Shown: positions 1 through 9,865 of the stretch, one piece after another | Layout: every line of letters starts with the position of its first letter | Position numbering within the stretch: position 1 is the stretch's first letter | Assembly: GCA_038321985.1 (NCBI GenBank) | Contig: JBBQFN010000027.1 | Coordinates: 1 to 64,000 of the forward strand | Direction: 5' to 3' | Source: Cyanophyceae cyanobacterium | Lineage (GTDB): Bacteria; Cyanobacteriota; Cyanobacteriia; Cyanobacteriales; Laspinemataceae | DNA: 64,000 bases | Position numbers and translations under genes: made by a program | Notes under the pieces: generated by a model | The model's input: the letters and a program-made list of their open reading frames with translations, nothing else | What the model was told of the DNA's origin: nothing | Databases searched by the model: none

Positions 1-561
1 GCCGTAACTCCCGAAGGAGCTGCCGTGCGACTGGTCTTAGAAATGCCTGCGGAATTCGTGGCAGACGCCCAACTGGGTGACAGTATCGCCCTGAATGGCT
101 GTTGTCTGACCGTGATTGAATTTAACGGTCGGATCTTCTCGTTTCAGGCAGGGACGGAAACGCTGTCGAAAACCAATCTGGGAACATTCCAAGCCGGGAC
201 ACGAGTCAACATCGAACGGGCCTTGCAAGTCGGAGCGCGTCTCGGCGGTCACTACGTTCAAGGTCACGTGGATGGAACGGGAACTGTCGAGCGGATCGAG
301 CAGGATGGCGAGTGGACGACGATGTGGTTCAATGTTCCACAGGACTTAACGCTGCAAATGGTCCGCAAGGGCTCGATCGCTGTCGACGGCATCAGCCTGT
401 CGTTAGTGAACGTCGAGCAATCCCGTTTCAGTGTCGCATTAATCCCACATACGTTGGCCGTGACAACTCTCGGTCAAAGAAAACAGGGCGACACAGTCAA
501 CATCGAAACAGATATCCTGGGAAAATACGTACAAAAGCTAGTCGGGGAAATTGAGAAATAG
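1..561 (+). CDS. ribE: Riboflavin synthase (alpha chain), 5'-truncated by the window edge
   Basis: Motifs GDSIALNGCCLTV, GGHYVQGHVDG, KGSIAVDGISL, VNIETDILGKYV; frame open from base 1. Confidence 0.93.
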   Translation, partial: AVTPEGAAVRLVLEMPAEFVADAQLGDSIALNGCCLTVIEFNGRIFSFQAGTETLSKTNLGTFQAGTRVNIERALQVGARLGGHYVQGHVDGTGTVERIEQDGEWTTMWFNVPQDLTLQMVRKGSIAVDGISLSLVNVEQSRFSVALIPHTLAVTTLGQRKQGDTVNIETDILGKYVQKLVGEIEK

Positions 562-598
562 TCATTGGTCACTTGTCATTGGTCATTGGTCATTGGTC
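561..598. repeat. Heptamer tandem repeat (GTCATTG)x5, STRR-like
   Basis: gtcattg gtcactt gtcattg gtcattg gtcattg gtc directly after the ribE stop. Confidence 0.9.
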
Positions 599-950
599 TG
601 TTGTCCTTGATGGGTGATTGGGGGAGAACTGACAGGGACATCTTAGAACTACTTTATTACCAAATGGGTCTCTGTAAACCCCGGAACGGTAAAATAATCC
701 TAATAGTCGGTAAATTAGGGGGGTGGCTGTAGTAGGGGATATAAAATCTGGCTGGGTACAGGGTTCAAACAACCCAATGAACTCCAGAATAGGATAAAAT
801 GAGACAGTTTATCTAAATGATGGGCAGATTCTTTAAGAGAGTCGCGATCGCGGGAGTCTTCCGCCGAGAAACCTGGGGAGAGATGCCCGCCCTTCCCTCT
901 CCGGTTCTATCCTTTAAAATCACTCAATTAATGATATTGTCTGAAATGCC

Positions 951-2237
951 ATGCTGAATCATTCTGATTTGTTAAAAGTTTTCCAAGAAGCGTATCGCAA
1001 CTTGGATTTACTGCCTTTATTAGAACCGGAAGAATTAAGCCAGTTTCGGGTAGATTATGGCCTGGAGGTTCTGGAAGAGTTAGAGCAATTAGTTGAAGAT
1101 AGCCCTTCGGGAGATAGTAAAATTGTTTTTAGCGGACATCGCGGCTGTGGAAAGTCTACGTTGTTGGCGGAATTTGCGAGAAAGTGTAGTCCTCAATATT
1201 TTGTCGTAGTATTTTCCATTGCCGATACGATTGAAATGTCGGATGTTAACCATATTAACATCTTGTTTGCGATCGCAGTCAGCTTGATGACGGAGGCAGA
1301 AAAGCATAAAGTCAAAATCAGTAAGCCAACAAAAGATGCTTTTTATAAGTGGTTCGCAACCCACACCAAAACTGAAACCGAAACATTGAGTGCTGAAACT
1401 GCTGCGGGTTTTAATTTCATGGAATTCATCAAGGGCCAGATTAAAGCCAATGCTGCTGTCCGGCAAGAAATTAAGCAAACGTTTCAACCTCAAATGTCTG
1501 TGCTAATTTCTCGAATCAATGAAATTGCGAAAGCCATAGCATCAGCTACCCAAAAAGAAATATTGGTAATTATTGACGATTTAGATAAATTAGAGTTAGG
1601 GGTAGTCAACCAGGTTTACCGAGACAACGTGAAGGCCATTTTTCAGCCTAATTTTAGGGTTATATTTACCATTCCCATTGCTGCATTGCGAGATAAAACA
1701 ATTAGGCCAATTTTAGATACAGAAACCAATAATCAAATTGTTATGATGCCAGTTTCTAAATTATTTGAGAAGGGTTCCAATAAAGAAATAGACCCCAAGC
1801 CCCTCTTAAAAAATGTGGAGGTGTTGCGTCAGATTTTGAGGCAACGAGTTTCTGAGCAAATCTTAGAATCAGACATAGCGGATCAAATGGCGTTATATAG
1901 TGGCGGAGTTTTACGGGAACTCATCCGCATTGCCAATGAATGTTGTCGAATTGGCTTACGCTTAACTCGAAAAAATCCTACCGCAACAGATATTACGATT
2001 AATCAGGAAGTTTTAGAAGAGGCAATTATCAAGTTGAGAAATGACTTTGCCACACCCTTAAGTCAGTCTGATTATGAAATTTTGAAAAAAATCTATAAAG
2101 ACTATAGGCCGGACGACCCCAATCAACATGATTTTTTACTGTTGTTACATGGGGTGCATATTATCGAATATCGAGACACCATTAATTGGTATAACGTTCA
2201 TCCCATTGTCGTGGATTTATTTCGGCCCAAAACATAA
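951..2237 (+). CDS. P-loop (AAA-like) ATPase
   Basis: Walker A GHRGCGKS, Walker B ILVIIDDLDK; paired with downstream TPR gene. Confidence 0.85.
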   Translation: MLNHSDLLKVFQEAYRNLDLLPLLEPEELSQFRVDYGLEVLEELEQLVEDSPSGDSKIVFSGHRGCGKSTLLAEFARKCSPQYFVVVFSIADTIEMSDVNHINILFAIAVSLMTEAEKHKVKISKPTKDAFYKWFATHTKTETETLSAETAAGFNFMEFIKGQIKANAAVRQEIKQTFQPQMSVLISRINEIAKAIASATQKEILVIIDDLDKLELGVVNQVYRDNVKAIFQPNFRVIFTIPIAALRDKTIRPILDTETNNQIVMMPVSKLFEKGSNKEIDPKPLLKNVEVLRQILRQRVSEQILESDIADQMALYSGGVLRELIRIANECCRIGLRLTRKNPTATDITINQEVLEEAIIKLRNDFATPLSQSDYEILKKIYKDYRPDDPNQHDFLLLLHGVHIIEYRDTINWYNVHPIVVDLFRPKT

Positions 2238-2254
2238 AACTTGGAAGGGTAACC

Positions 2255-4141
2255 ATGAATATGCTCCTGATAGATGAACTTAGAACTGAAAATGAGACGG
2301 CTTATGATAGCTTGCTGGTTTCAATTGAAGCCAGTGAAGGCATGATGAGCTTACTGATTGCGGTGTGTGATGATGGATTATTTCGCGATCGCCTCATAGA
2401 CAGGTATGAAACTGAACTCGAACCAGACTTTCGGTCCTATCGATTAAAGCTATCAAGAGATGAACCCAATCTGAAAGGGGCGATCGCAGAAGTCGTAGAA
2501 CAGGATGAATATCTCAAAACCCAAGGAAAAGCGGTCTTAAGCGTGACTGAATTGGAAAAAATTTACTCACACACCCTTCAGCAAAATGAACGCACAGGAC
2601 GAGAGATATTTTTTGGGTATTTGCAGTGGACCCGAGAAAGTTTGAAACAGTTTCCTTATCCAATTGTCCTCTGGGTCACTACGGAAATTTTAAAACAAAT
2701 CAGCCAAAAAGCCCCGGATTTTTGGAGTTGGCGCAAAGGAGTCTTTCGTTTTGTTCCCCCCCAAGTCAAAGCAGCCCAAACCCTGACAGAAAATCAAGCA
2801 GATTGGGCCAATACTTACGCGGCAACGGGAAAACTATATTGCCAACGATTAAAAGAGGGGAAATCTGCCGATTATCAAACCGAACGCACTCAGGCGATCG
2901 AGTATTTACAACAGGCTTGTAGCTTGCAAGAAGCATTAGGCTTAGAGAATGATTTACTGAATACACTCAATGAATTAGCCAGCTTTTATAATTGGGAAAG
3001 ACGGTATGCAGAAGCCGAACCCCTGTACCGGAAATTTTTACACATTACGCGCCGTCTCTTGGGTGATCAACATCCTGCTGTTGCAACTTTCCTAAACCAT
3101 CTAGCAAACCTCTACCAGTCAATGGGACAGTATAGCAACGCTGAACCCCTTTACCAGCAGGCATTAGCGATTAGAAAAGAGCAGTTGGGTCAGAATCATC
3201 CCGACTATGCCACCACCTTGAATGATTTGGCGCGACTGTATTATGGAATGGGGCGGTTTGCGGAGGCTGAGCCCCTTTTCCTGCAAGCAATGGAAATTAT
3301 AAAAGTACAGTTGGGTCAGAATCATCCCGACTATGCCACCACCTTGAATGATTTGGCGGGACTGTACTATGCAATAGGACGGTTTAAGGATGCCGAACAC
3401 CTTTTCCTGCAAGCAATGGAAATTTGGAAGGTGCAGTTGGGTCAGAATCATCCCGACTATGCCACCAGCTTGAACAATTTGGCGCTACTATACCAGGCAA
3501 TGGGGCGGGTTAAGGATGCCGAACACCTTTTCCTGCCAGCGTTGGAAATTACAAAAGAGCAGTTGGGTCAGAATCATCCCGACTATGCCACGAGTTTGAA
3601 CAATTTGGCGGCACTATATCAGGCAATGGGACGGTTGACGGATGCTGAACCCCTTTATCGGCAAGCAATGGAAATTTGGAAGGTGCAGTTGGGTGAGAAT
3701 CATCCCAATTATGCCACCAGTATGAACGATTTGGCGGTACTATATCAGGCAATGGGGCGGTTGACGGAGGCTGAAATCCTTTTCCTGCAAGCAATAGAGA
3801 TTATAAAACAGCAGTTGGGTGAGACTCATGCCAATTATGCCACCAGTTTGAACAATTTGGCGGGACTGTACAAAGCAATGGGGCGGTTTGCGGATGCCGA
3901 ACCCCTTTTCTTGCAAGCAAGGGAAATTGACAAGGTGCAGTTGGGTGAGAATCATCCTAGCTATGCCAACAGTTTGGACAATTTAGCGCTACTGTACGAA
4001 GCAATGGGGCGGTTTAAGGAGGCCGAACCCCTTTTCGTGCAAGCGTTGGAAATCTGTGAGGATCGGTTAGGGGATAATCATCCCCAGACGATGACTGTTC
4101 GCAATAATCTTGAAAATCTACGCAATCAACACTATTCATAA
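2255..4141 (+). CDS. Tetratricopeptide repeat protein (42-aa repeats)
   Basis: About nine 42-aa units of the form LGxNHPDYATSLNNLAxLYxAMGRFxxAEPLFxQAxEI. Confidence 0.92.
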   Translation: MNMLLIDELRTENETAYDSLLVSIEASEGMMSLLIAVCDDGLFRDRLIDRYETELEPDFRSYRLKLSRDEPNLKGAIAEVVEQDEYLKTQGKAVLSVTELEKIYSHTLQQNERTGREIFFGYLQWTRESLKQFPYPIVLWVTTEILKQISQKAPDFWSWRKGVFRFVPPQVKAAQTLTENQADWANTYAATGKLYCQRLKEGKSADYQTERTQAIEYLQQACSLQEALGLENDLLNTLNELASFYNWERRYAEAEPLYRKFLHITRRLLGDQHPAVATFLNHLANLYQSMGQYSNAEPLYQQALAIRKEQLGQNHPDYATTLNDLARLYYGMGRFAEAEPLFLQAMEIIKVQLGQNHPDYATTLNDLAGLYYAIGRFKDAEHLFLQAMEIWKVQLGQNHPDYATSLNNLALLYQAMGRVKDAEHLFLPALEITKEQLGQNHPDYATSLNNLAALYQAMGRLTDAEPLYRQAMEIWKVQLGENHPNYATSMNDLAVLYQAMGRLTEAEILFLQAIEIIKQQLGETHANYATSLNNLAGLYKAMGRFADAEPLFLQAREIDKVQLGENHPSYANSLDNLALLYEAMGRFKEAEPLFVQALEICEDRLGDNHPQTMTVRNNLENLRNQHYS

Positions 4142-4241
4142 ACTGACTCACTGAATCGCCTGATTGTAAGTTAGATTTATCCTGGGTAGATGATTAAACC
4201 CCCTTAAATCGTTCCCTTATATAAACAATTGGAATAAAACT

Positions 4242-4832
4242 ATGGAAGTGGTAACCCTCGAACCGTTTACCCCGGTTAAATTAACCCTAGATTTAACCGA
4301 TGAGCAATTTTTTCAACTTTGTCAAAACAATCGCAATTTACGATTTGAACGGACGGCAACGGGAGAATTAATCATTATGTCACCCACTGGAGGAGAAACC
4401 AGCAATCGGAATATCGAACTCTCTTATCAGTTGCAAGGGTGGAGTCGGCAGAATAATTTAGGAAAAGCATTTGACTCGAATGGGGGTTTTAAATTACCCA
4501 AAGGTGGAAATCGGTCCCCGGATGCGTCTTGGGTTAATATGGCGGGGTGGAATGCTTTAACTCCCGCCCAACGCGAGAAGTTTTTGCCCCTGTGTCCCGA
4601 TTTTGTGGTGGAGTTACGGTCTGTTAGTGATTCTTTGAAAGAGTTACAAGATAAAATGAGAGAATATCTGGAGAATGGGGTGCGGTTAGGCTGGTTAATT
4701 GACCGGCAAAATCTTCAGGTAGAAATTTATCGTCCTGGGCAAGATGTGGAAATCATTCAGTCTCCGGAAACCCTATCGGGGGAAGATGTTTTGCCTGGGT
4801 TTCTTTTGGATTTAGGGCAGATTTTGTATTAG
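4242..4832 (+). CDS. Uma2 family (PD-(D/E)XK-like) endonuclease
   Basis: ERTATGELIIMSP, RSPDASWV, PDFVVELRS, KMREYLENGVRLGWLID. Confidence 0.9.
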   Translation: MEVVTLEPFTPVKLTLDLTDEQFFQLCQNNRNLRFERTATGELIIMSPTGGETSNRNIELSYQLQGWSRQNNLGKAFDSNGGFKLPKGGNRSPDASWVNMAGWNALTPAQREKFLPLCPDFVVELRSVSDSLKELQDKMREYLENGVRLGWLIDRQNLQVEIYRPGQDVEIIQSPETLSGEDVLPGFLLDLGQILY

Positions 4833-4993
4833 GATTGAGGCGGGATTTAGGGGGAACCCCCCCCAGCCCGATGGCGTTGCTAAGGGGGGGAGTTAGAATT
4901 GTGCGAAAATGATATAAAATTGGCTTGTTAAGAGGTTTTTGAAATGAACCCGTGCAAGCGGCGGGCTTTATCCTTCCAGGGTGGGGGATTTCC

Positions 4994-6472
4994 TCAACTC
5001 TTCACCTCTAATTGTTGTTGCAATTCCTCCCGGAGGCGGTATAAAACGGTGTTGGGTTCGACTTGGGATAAAATATCCTGAATGACGGTATTTGCACCCA
5101 ACGGTCCCCAGGTACAGCCTTGTTCTAAGTAGATTTGTGCGGCTTGTCCGACTTTATAGGTTCCAAATCCCGCTAGTGATGCCTGTGCGATCGCCGCGCC
5201 AACATATCCAGTCATTCCCCCTACATCTCCCGAGGCACCCATAATCGCCGCTGCACTCTTCCCAAATCCCATAAACAATCCATTCGCCAATTCACTCAGC
5301 AATACCCCACCACTGCTAAATAGAATTTGCTGCCATAACTTACCCGCCTCATATCCCGTCATCGGCAATCCATACAACCGCGCCAATGCCCGAATTAATA
5401 GCAAGTCAGCGATCGCACCTCCCAATATATCAAACAGCGCCAACGGATTCAATGCTACTGCTGCTGCTTTATACTGAGCAAAGCGCCAAATTAATGTCTC
5501 TGCCTGTTCCTGTCGCGATTTGATACTTGCCTTCGCTAACTCTTCTTGTGCCTCTTTCGCTTGCACTAAGGCATTAATCGCCAATAGCGATCGCCCTTGT
5601 TCCTGCACCACCTGCAAAATTTTGTCCTTCAATTCCTCAATCTGCGGCGGTGGCGTTTCTAACTCGTAAGACACCCGACCATCGGGCCATTCTATTCTCA
5701 CTTGCAACGGGGCCGGATCCGCCGCTACCATGACAATATCCTCTTGATGCGGTAGGCGATCGCCCAAACTCTCCTCCGCTTCCACCCAATCATCCTCTAT
5801 CCCTACCTCAGCCTGTTTCCGCTTCTGTTTAGCAGAGGCAAAATACTGTAATTGTCGATAAATCGCCTGCCGGTCCTGTTCCGGATACAAATCTATCTTA
5901 TTAAACACTAAAATCAACGGCTTTTGAGTCCGGCGCAACTCACCAAGTGCTTCGTATTCCGTGCGTGTAATATCCCCAGAAACCACAAATAAAATCAAAT
6001 CCGCAGCGCCAGCTATATTCCGCGCCATCTCCGATCGCACTTGACCCTCCACCTCATCTAATCCCGGGGTATCAATCAACTCCACCGCCAGATTACCCCC
6101 GACATCCCACTGCACCGATCTCGGCCATTGGGTCACTCCGTGAATGGGTCCCGTTGTCAGGATTCTCTGACCCATTAAGGTATTCAATACCGTGGATTTA
6201 CCCCGACTGACTAACCCAAAAGCGGCAATGCGAATCATTCCGCCATCGAGTCGTTCTAAAGTAGCCGAGAGGCGATCGAGTTGTGTCTGCATCGCTGCAA
6301 GCTGCTTGACATCCATACTCTGCTGTCGCGATCGCCGATGTTGCGAATAGAACGACTGCGCTTGCCGAATGCTGGCGCGGGCTCGGTTCATATACTGGGT
6401 ATCTTGCCGGTTTGAACCATTCAAATCGGCAGAGGATGGGGTTGGGTTGGGGGTTTTAGGTGCTTGGCTCAA
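4994..6472 (-). CDS. Era-like GTPase with C-terminal DUF697-like domain
   Basis: GLVSRGKS, DTPG and NKID GTPase motifs. Confidence 0.85.
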   Translation of the reverse strand: MSQAPKTPNPTPSSADLNGSNRQDTQYMNRARASIRQAQSFYSQHRRSRQQSMDVKQLAAMQTQLDRLSATLERLDGGMIRIAAFGLVSRGKSTVLNTLMGQRILTTGPIHGVTQWPRSVQWDVGGNLAVELIDTPGLDEVEGQVRSEMARNIAGAADLILFVVSGDITRTEYEALGELRRTQKPLILVFNKIDLYPEQDRQAIYRQLQYFASAKQKRKQAEVGIEDDWVEAEESLGDRLPHQEDIVMVAADPAPLQVRIEWPDGRVSYELETPPPQIEELKDKILQVVQEQGRSLLAINALVQAKEAQEELAKASIKSRQEQAETLIWRFAQYKAAAVALNPLALFDILGGAIADLLLIRALARLYGLPMTGYEAGKLWQQILFSSGGVLLSELANGLFMGFGKSAAAIMGASGDVGGMTGYVGAAIAQASLAGFGTYKVGQAAQIYLEQGCTWGPLGANTVIQDILSQVEPNTVLYRLREELQQQLEVKS

Positions 6473-7994
6473 GGTTCGGAATCGCTACACTCTCTGCTAT
6501 TCTATTCTCCTGTAAAACCTTCACTTGTGCAGTGAGGCTTTCCGACTTTTTCGATTCGGGTACGAATCGCGTCACAGTCTGCTTGACAAATCCTTGCAAA
6601 AATGCCATGCGTTGATTCTGCTGGAACACGGTTTTTAAGGTCTGATTCAGTTGTTCCAAATTAATCCCAGACTCTGCACTCACGTCTTGCGCTTGGAAGT
6701 ATTCAATCAGACTCAAACCCGCTAATCGAGTTAAATAGGCGGCGCTAATCCCTTGAACAACTCCCCCGGCAACATAAGTGACGGCGTTACTTTTAAGGAT
6801 GGCTGAAATGGTTTGGGTAGACAGTTCTACCACTCCCAGTTTAACCAATTGTTCCCCCATTGCAGCCGCGATCGCCTTTTCTCGGTCAAAGGAAAAAGGA
6901 TGCTGATAAATTTCCCCTAATTCCACGATTAATTGCGTAGTAACCGCACCTGTGGCTAACAAATCTAGGGCCGCTACTGGGTTCGCAAAGGTTGCCGCAG
7001 CGGAAATATACTGATATTTCTCGATGACTGGCATCGCCCGATCGCGACGCAGTTGGTTTAATATCTGTTGTGCCTCCGCTTTTAAGGCGACTGCCTGCCG
7101 GTAACTTTGCGCGATTACAAACTGCTGGCTTTCTTTTGCCACCATCTCCTGTAACCGCGTTATTAAAGCAGTCGCTTCCGGTTCCGGTTGTTCCATTGTC
7201 TCAATAGTTGTCCCATCACTTTGATGCTGCCGCACTTTGACGGGATTGGGTGCCACGGAAATCGCTACAACATTCTCAGGATTTAAGGTCAATCCTAGGC
7301 GATCAATCGCCCGTTGCAAGATTCCCGCTTGCTGTTCCGGTAAAGTTTGGTCTTTTTTGTTCCAGGCGACTAAAACCGGGACGGCTGCTATCGTCAGTTG
7401 TTGAATGGCTTGAAATTCTGAGTCGGTTAAGTCACCACTGCTCAAAAATACTACCACATCTGCCGCGACTGTCTGTTTCCATGCCGCAGTCGCTTGTAAC
7501 GGTAATCCTTCCTCGGCATCCCTGACTGTAAACAAGGCGGGAATTTCCGAAAAGGTCAGGGTTTTATCAGTTTGGGACTGCCAGTTGGACTGTAACCATT
7601 CCATGACTTTGGTTTTGCCGGTACTTTTACCCCCGGCGATCGCCAGATGCAGTGCCTTCCTAGTCGCATCCGGTGAGAGTTGTCCTAGGCGAGTTCTTAA
7701 ATCAGCAATAATTTTGGCATCCCCTGCCTCTGCCTCTACCTTGGCGATCGCAAGTTCCGCTTTAGTTTTGGCTTTCTCCAGCATTTCTGGGGTTACCGAT
7801 TCAGCGGCGATCGGTTTGATGGTTGCCGGTTCCCGTTTTTTGAACAGCCAAAACCCAGCCCCAATTGCGATCGCGCCGAGTACCCCAAATTCCCCCGCTT
7901 CTCCCCAGGAGTGATTCAAACTCTCTATCGCCCAGAGACCAAATGATAAACCTAAACCGCCAATTAAAATAGGTCGTTGCAGTTTAATTGCCAT
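6456..7994 (-). CDS. DUF697/YcjF-like degenerate GTPase, partner of the downstream GTPase
   Basis: GGKSTGKT, WNKKD, N-terminal hydrophobic segments; overlaps the next gene. Confidence 0.7.
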   Translation of the reverse strand: MAIKLQRPILIGGLGLSFGLWAIESLNHSWGEAGEFGVLGAIAIGAGFWLFKKREPATIKPIAAESVTPEMLEKAKTKAELAIAKVEAEAGDAKIIADLRTRLGQLSPDATRKALHLAIAGGKSTGKTKVMEWLQSNWQSQTDKTLTFSEIPALFTVRDAEEGLPLQATAAWKQTVAADVVVFLSSGDLTDSEFQAIQQLTIAAVPVLVAWNKKDQTLPEQQAGILQRAIDRLGLTLNPENVVAISVAPNPVKVRQHQSDGTTIETMEQPEPEATALITRLQEMVAKESQQFVIAQSYRQAVALKAEAQQILNQLRRDRAMPVIEKYQYISAAATFANPVAALDLLATGAVTTQLIVELGEIYQHPFSFDREKAIAAAMGEQLVKLGVVELSTQTISAILKSNAVTYVAGGVVQGISAAYLTRLAGLSLIEYFQAQDVSAESGINLEQLNQTLKTVFQQNQRMAFLQGFVKQTVTRFVPESKKSESLTAQVKVLQENRIAESVAIPNLEPST

Positions 7995-8255
7995 AAAATT
8001 ATCCCACTTTTTTTATAGATGTTGATTGGTGGGGCAACCGGGGGCAAACAGTTCCGATACGCGATCGCCCTTCTTTTCTATCTCCATTTTAACGGCTGGG
8101 GTTGCACTTCCAACTCTACCGTTGTAGTGCGGATTTTACGATCACCTTGGAAATAGGGGACCATCCCAGGACCAGAAACCCGGTTTCTGACCCCACCCCT
8201 TGGATAACGACTGAAGTCGTTACTACGAACTAAGAGTACGACTGAAAAAGGACCA

Positions 8256-8298
8256 AAAACAAAACCCTGTAATCGTAAACGATTACAGGGTTTGTTTT
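8256..8298 (-). terminator. Hairpin terminator after tRNA-fMet
   Basis: aaaccctgtaatcg / cgattacagggttt inverted repeat with T tract on the minus strand. Confidence 0.75.
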
Positions 8299-8303
8299 AG
8301 TAA

Positions 8304-8623
8304 TGGCGGGAGGCGGATTTGAACCACCGACCTTCGGGTTATGCGTACCATCTACAACTTTCGTTGCCTGGGATTTTTCCAGTTTGGGGTCTGGACTCTC
8401 CCTTCACCCTCAGCTTTAACTGTTAGGGTGCCTCCCATCGAGTCTCTACACCTTCTCTTGTTCAGAGCTTGGCTCGGGATTACCGCGCTACCGGCTTCCC
8501 CGAATTTGAGAGGCGATCGCATACCAGTTTCCTTAGTATGCAGCCCATCGCAATGCTAACTGTCAAGCGTTTAGTTAACTTGCGTATTGAGCCCGACGAG
8601 CTACCAGACTGCTCTATCCCGCG
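8304..8623 (-). tRNA. trnfM: Initiator tRNA-fMet(CAT), intron-containing; exons 8623-8590 and 8343-8304
   Basis: Spliced sequence CGCGGGATAGAGCAGTCTGGTAGCTCGTCGGGCT|CATAACCCGAAGGTCGGTGGTTCAAATCCGCCTCCCGCCA; 1:72 mismatch, GGG/CCC anticodon stem. Confidence 0.95.
8344..8589 (-). ncRNA. Group I self-splicing intron (246 nt) in the tRNA-fMet anticodon loop
   Basis: Follows exon U33, ends in G; core-like motifs AAATTCGGGGAA, AATCCCGAGC, GTAGAGACTCGATGG, AAGGGAGAGTCC. Confidence 0.92.
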
Positions 8624-8771
8624 TCACTGAAGTTACTATAACCTGAACTTAAGTGTTTTGACAACCCCTAAAGCAAAACTTTTTTTAATTCCTTACCAGC
8701 AGAGGGTTTGAGCCGGTCACCGCCTCCGATACTAGGTCGTGACCCCCGAATTCTAAAAAAAAAGCAAAAAA

Positions 8772-8797
8772 AATACCTGAATCATTGTTCATATGTT
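8772..8797. promoter_or_regulatory. SmtB/ZiaR-type (ArsR family) metal-responsive operator, imperfect 12-2-12 inverted repeat
   Basis: AATACCTGAATC-AT-TGTTCATATGTT just upstream of the metallothionein gene. Confidence 0.75.
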
Positions 8798-8832
8798 AAG
8801 ATGAATTCATAATAAATCGAGGAAATCGAAAA

Positions 8833-9000
8833 ATGGCTACTGTAACTGAAATGAAATGTACCTGTGAATCTTGCGTGTGCATGGTTCCTGCGGATAAAGC
8901 CGTGATGAAAGAGGGCAAGCCCTACTGTTCTGATGCCTGCGCCAACGGTCATCTTCATGGCACCGGGTGCGGCCACTCCGGCTGTGAATGTCACTCCTAA
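8833..9000 (+). CDS. smtA: Bacterial metallothionein, 55 aa (absent from ORF track)
   Basis: Manual translation MATVTEMKCTCESCVCMVPADKAVMKEGKPYCSDACANGHLHGTGCGHSGCECHS. Confidence 0.95.
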   Translation: MATVTEMKCTCESCVCMVPADKAVMKEGKPYCSDACANGHLHGTGCGHSGCECHS

Positions 9001-9016
9001 GCTACACCGAACAGCA

Positions 9017-9061
9017 AATGCCCTCATTTCCCCGTTAGTGCAGAAATGAGGGCATTGTTTT
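9017..9061 (+). terminator. Hairpin terminator after smtA
   Basis: aatgccctcatttc / gaaatgagggcatt followed by T run. Confidence 0.7.
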
Positions 9062-9096
9062 TGAAGAAAGGAACACTTGTCCCTTTCTTGCCTGTA

Positions 9097-9711
9097 TTAA
9101 GTAGAAGGGAGAGGGGGAGAAGTGCGGGTCGGGGCTGGGGGTTCCCTGCCCGGAATAAAATTAGGCAGAGGAGAAACCACGCGATCGCGGGTATTAATGC
9201 AAACCGACATCGCCTGAGACGTTACCAACTCGATTTGATTTTGTAAGCCCACCACGCACTCAGAAAACTCAGCCGGTAGCAAACTCCGGCGACAAAAATC
9301 GAGAATTAAAGGGGCCTCACCTTCCGTCGATCCGTCGCTAATATCCACCACACAGGTTGCCAACTCCAGAGGACGACGCACTTGCTGGCAGCGAGTCAGG
9401 GCATCCTCGGCTAAAATATCCGTGCGGCGATCAATATCGACAACGCATTGGGAGAGTTCTTGGGGACGCAGGGCGGAGGAACAGGCTAGGGCCACCGTCT
9501 CCGGGGGTAGTTGCTGATCCAGTAACTCGGCGGCACAGCGATTGTAATCATTATTTCTAGCTAGGGCGGGCGTAGGGCTTACGGGGATCCAACCCAGGGT
9601 CAGCGCCACCAGGGAAAGTCCCAACAGTCCCCCCTTGCGCCACCGTTGCGCCGGAGAGTTGGGATAATTTGGGGCGCTGACTTCAAGGCGATCGCTTATT
9701 TTCGGAAACAT
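9097..9711 (-). CDS. Hypothetical exported protein with Cys-containing internal repeats
   Basis: Signal-peptide-like segment, repeated C...P.EL..CV..I units. Confidence 0.65.
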   Translation of the reverse strand: MFPKISDRLEVSAPNYPNSPAQRWRKGGLLGLSLVALTLGWIPVSPTPALARNNDYNRCAAELLDQQLPPETVALACSSALRPQELSQCVVDIDRRTDILAEDALTRCQQVRRPLELATCVVDISDGSTEGEAPLILDFCRRSLLPAEFSECVVGLQNQIELVTSQAMSVCINTRDRVVSPLPNFIPGREPPAPTRTSPPLPST

Positions 9712-9865
9712 CTTAAAGACTCCTCATGAGAAAAAACAGGACCTTTGGAAAGAAACAGACGTTCCTGATCACAAAGTCATCTAAAGTTAGACTTGAAACT
9801 AAGTCTAGTAAACATCTATACTAGAGAGTCTGGGAAAACTGTGTAACAACTGACGAGGAAAAGGA

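Noticed and set aside
3100..4100. Regular repeats as a possible CRISPR array
   Set aside because: In-frame 126-nt TPR coding repeats without unique spacers; no cas genes in the window
8341..8559. 72-aa ORF as a possible intron homing endonuclease
   Set aside because: Antisense to the intron core, too short, no nuclease motif
8782..9027. 81-aa minus-strand ORF
   Set aside because: Antisense shadow of the metallothionein gene
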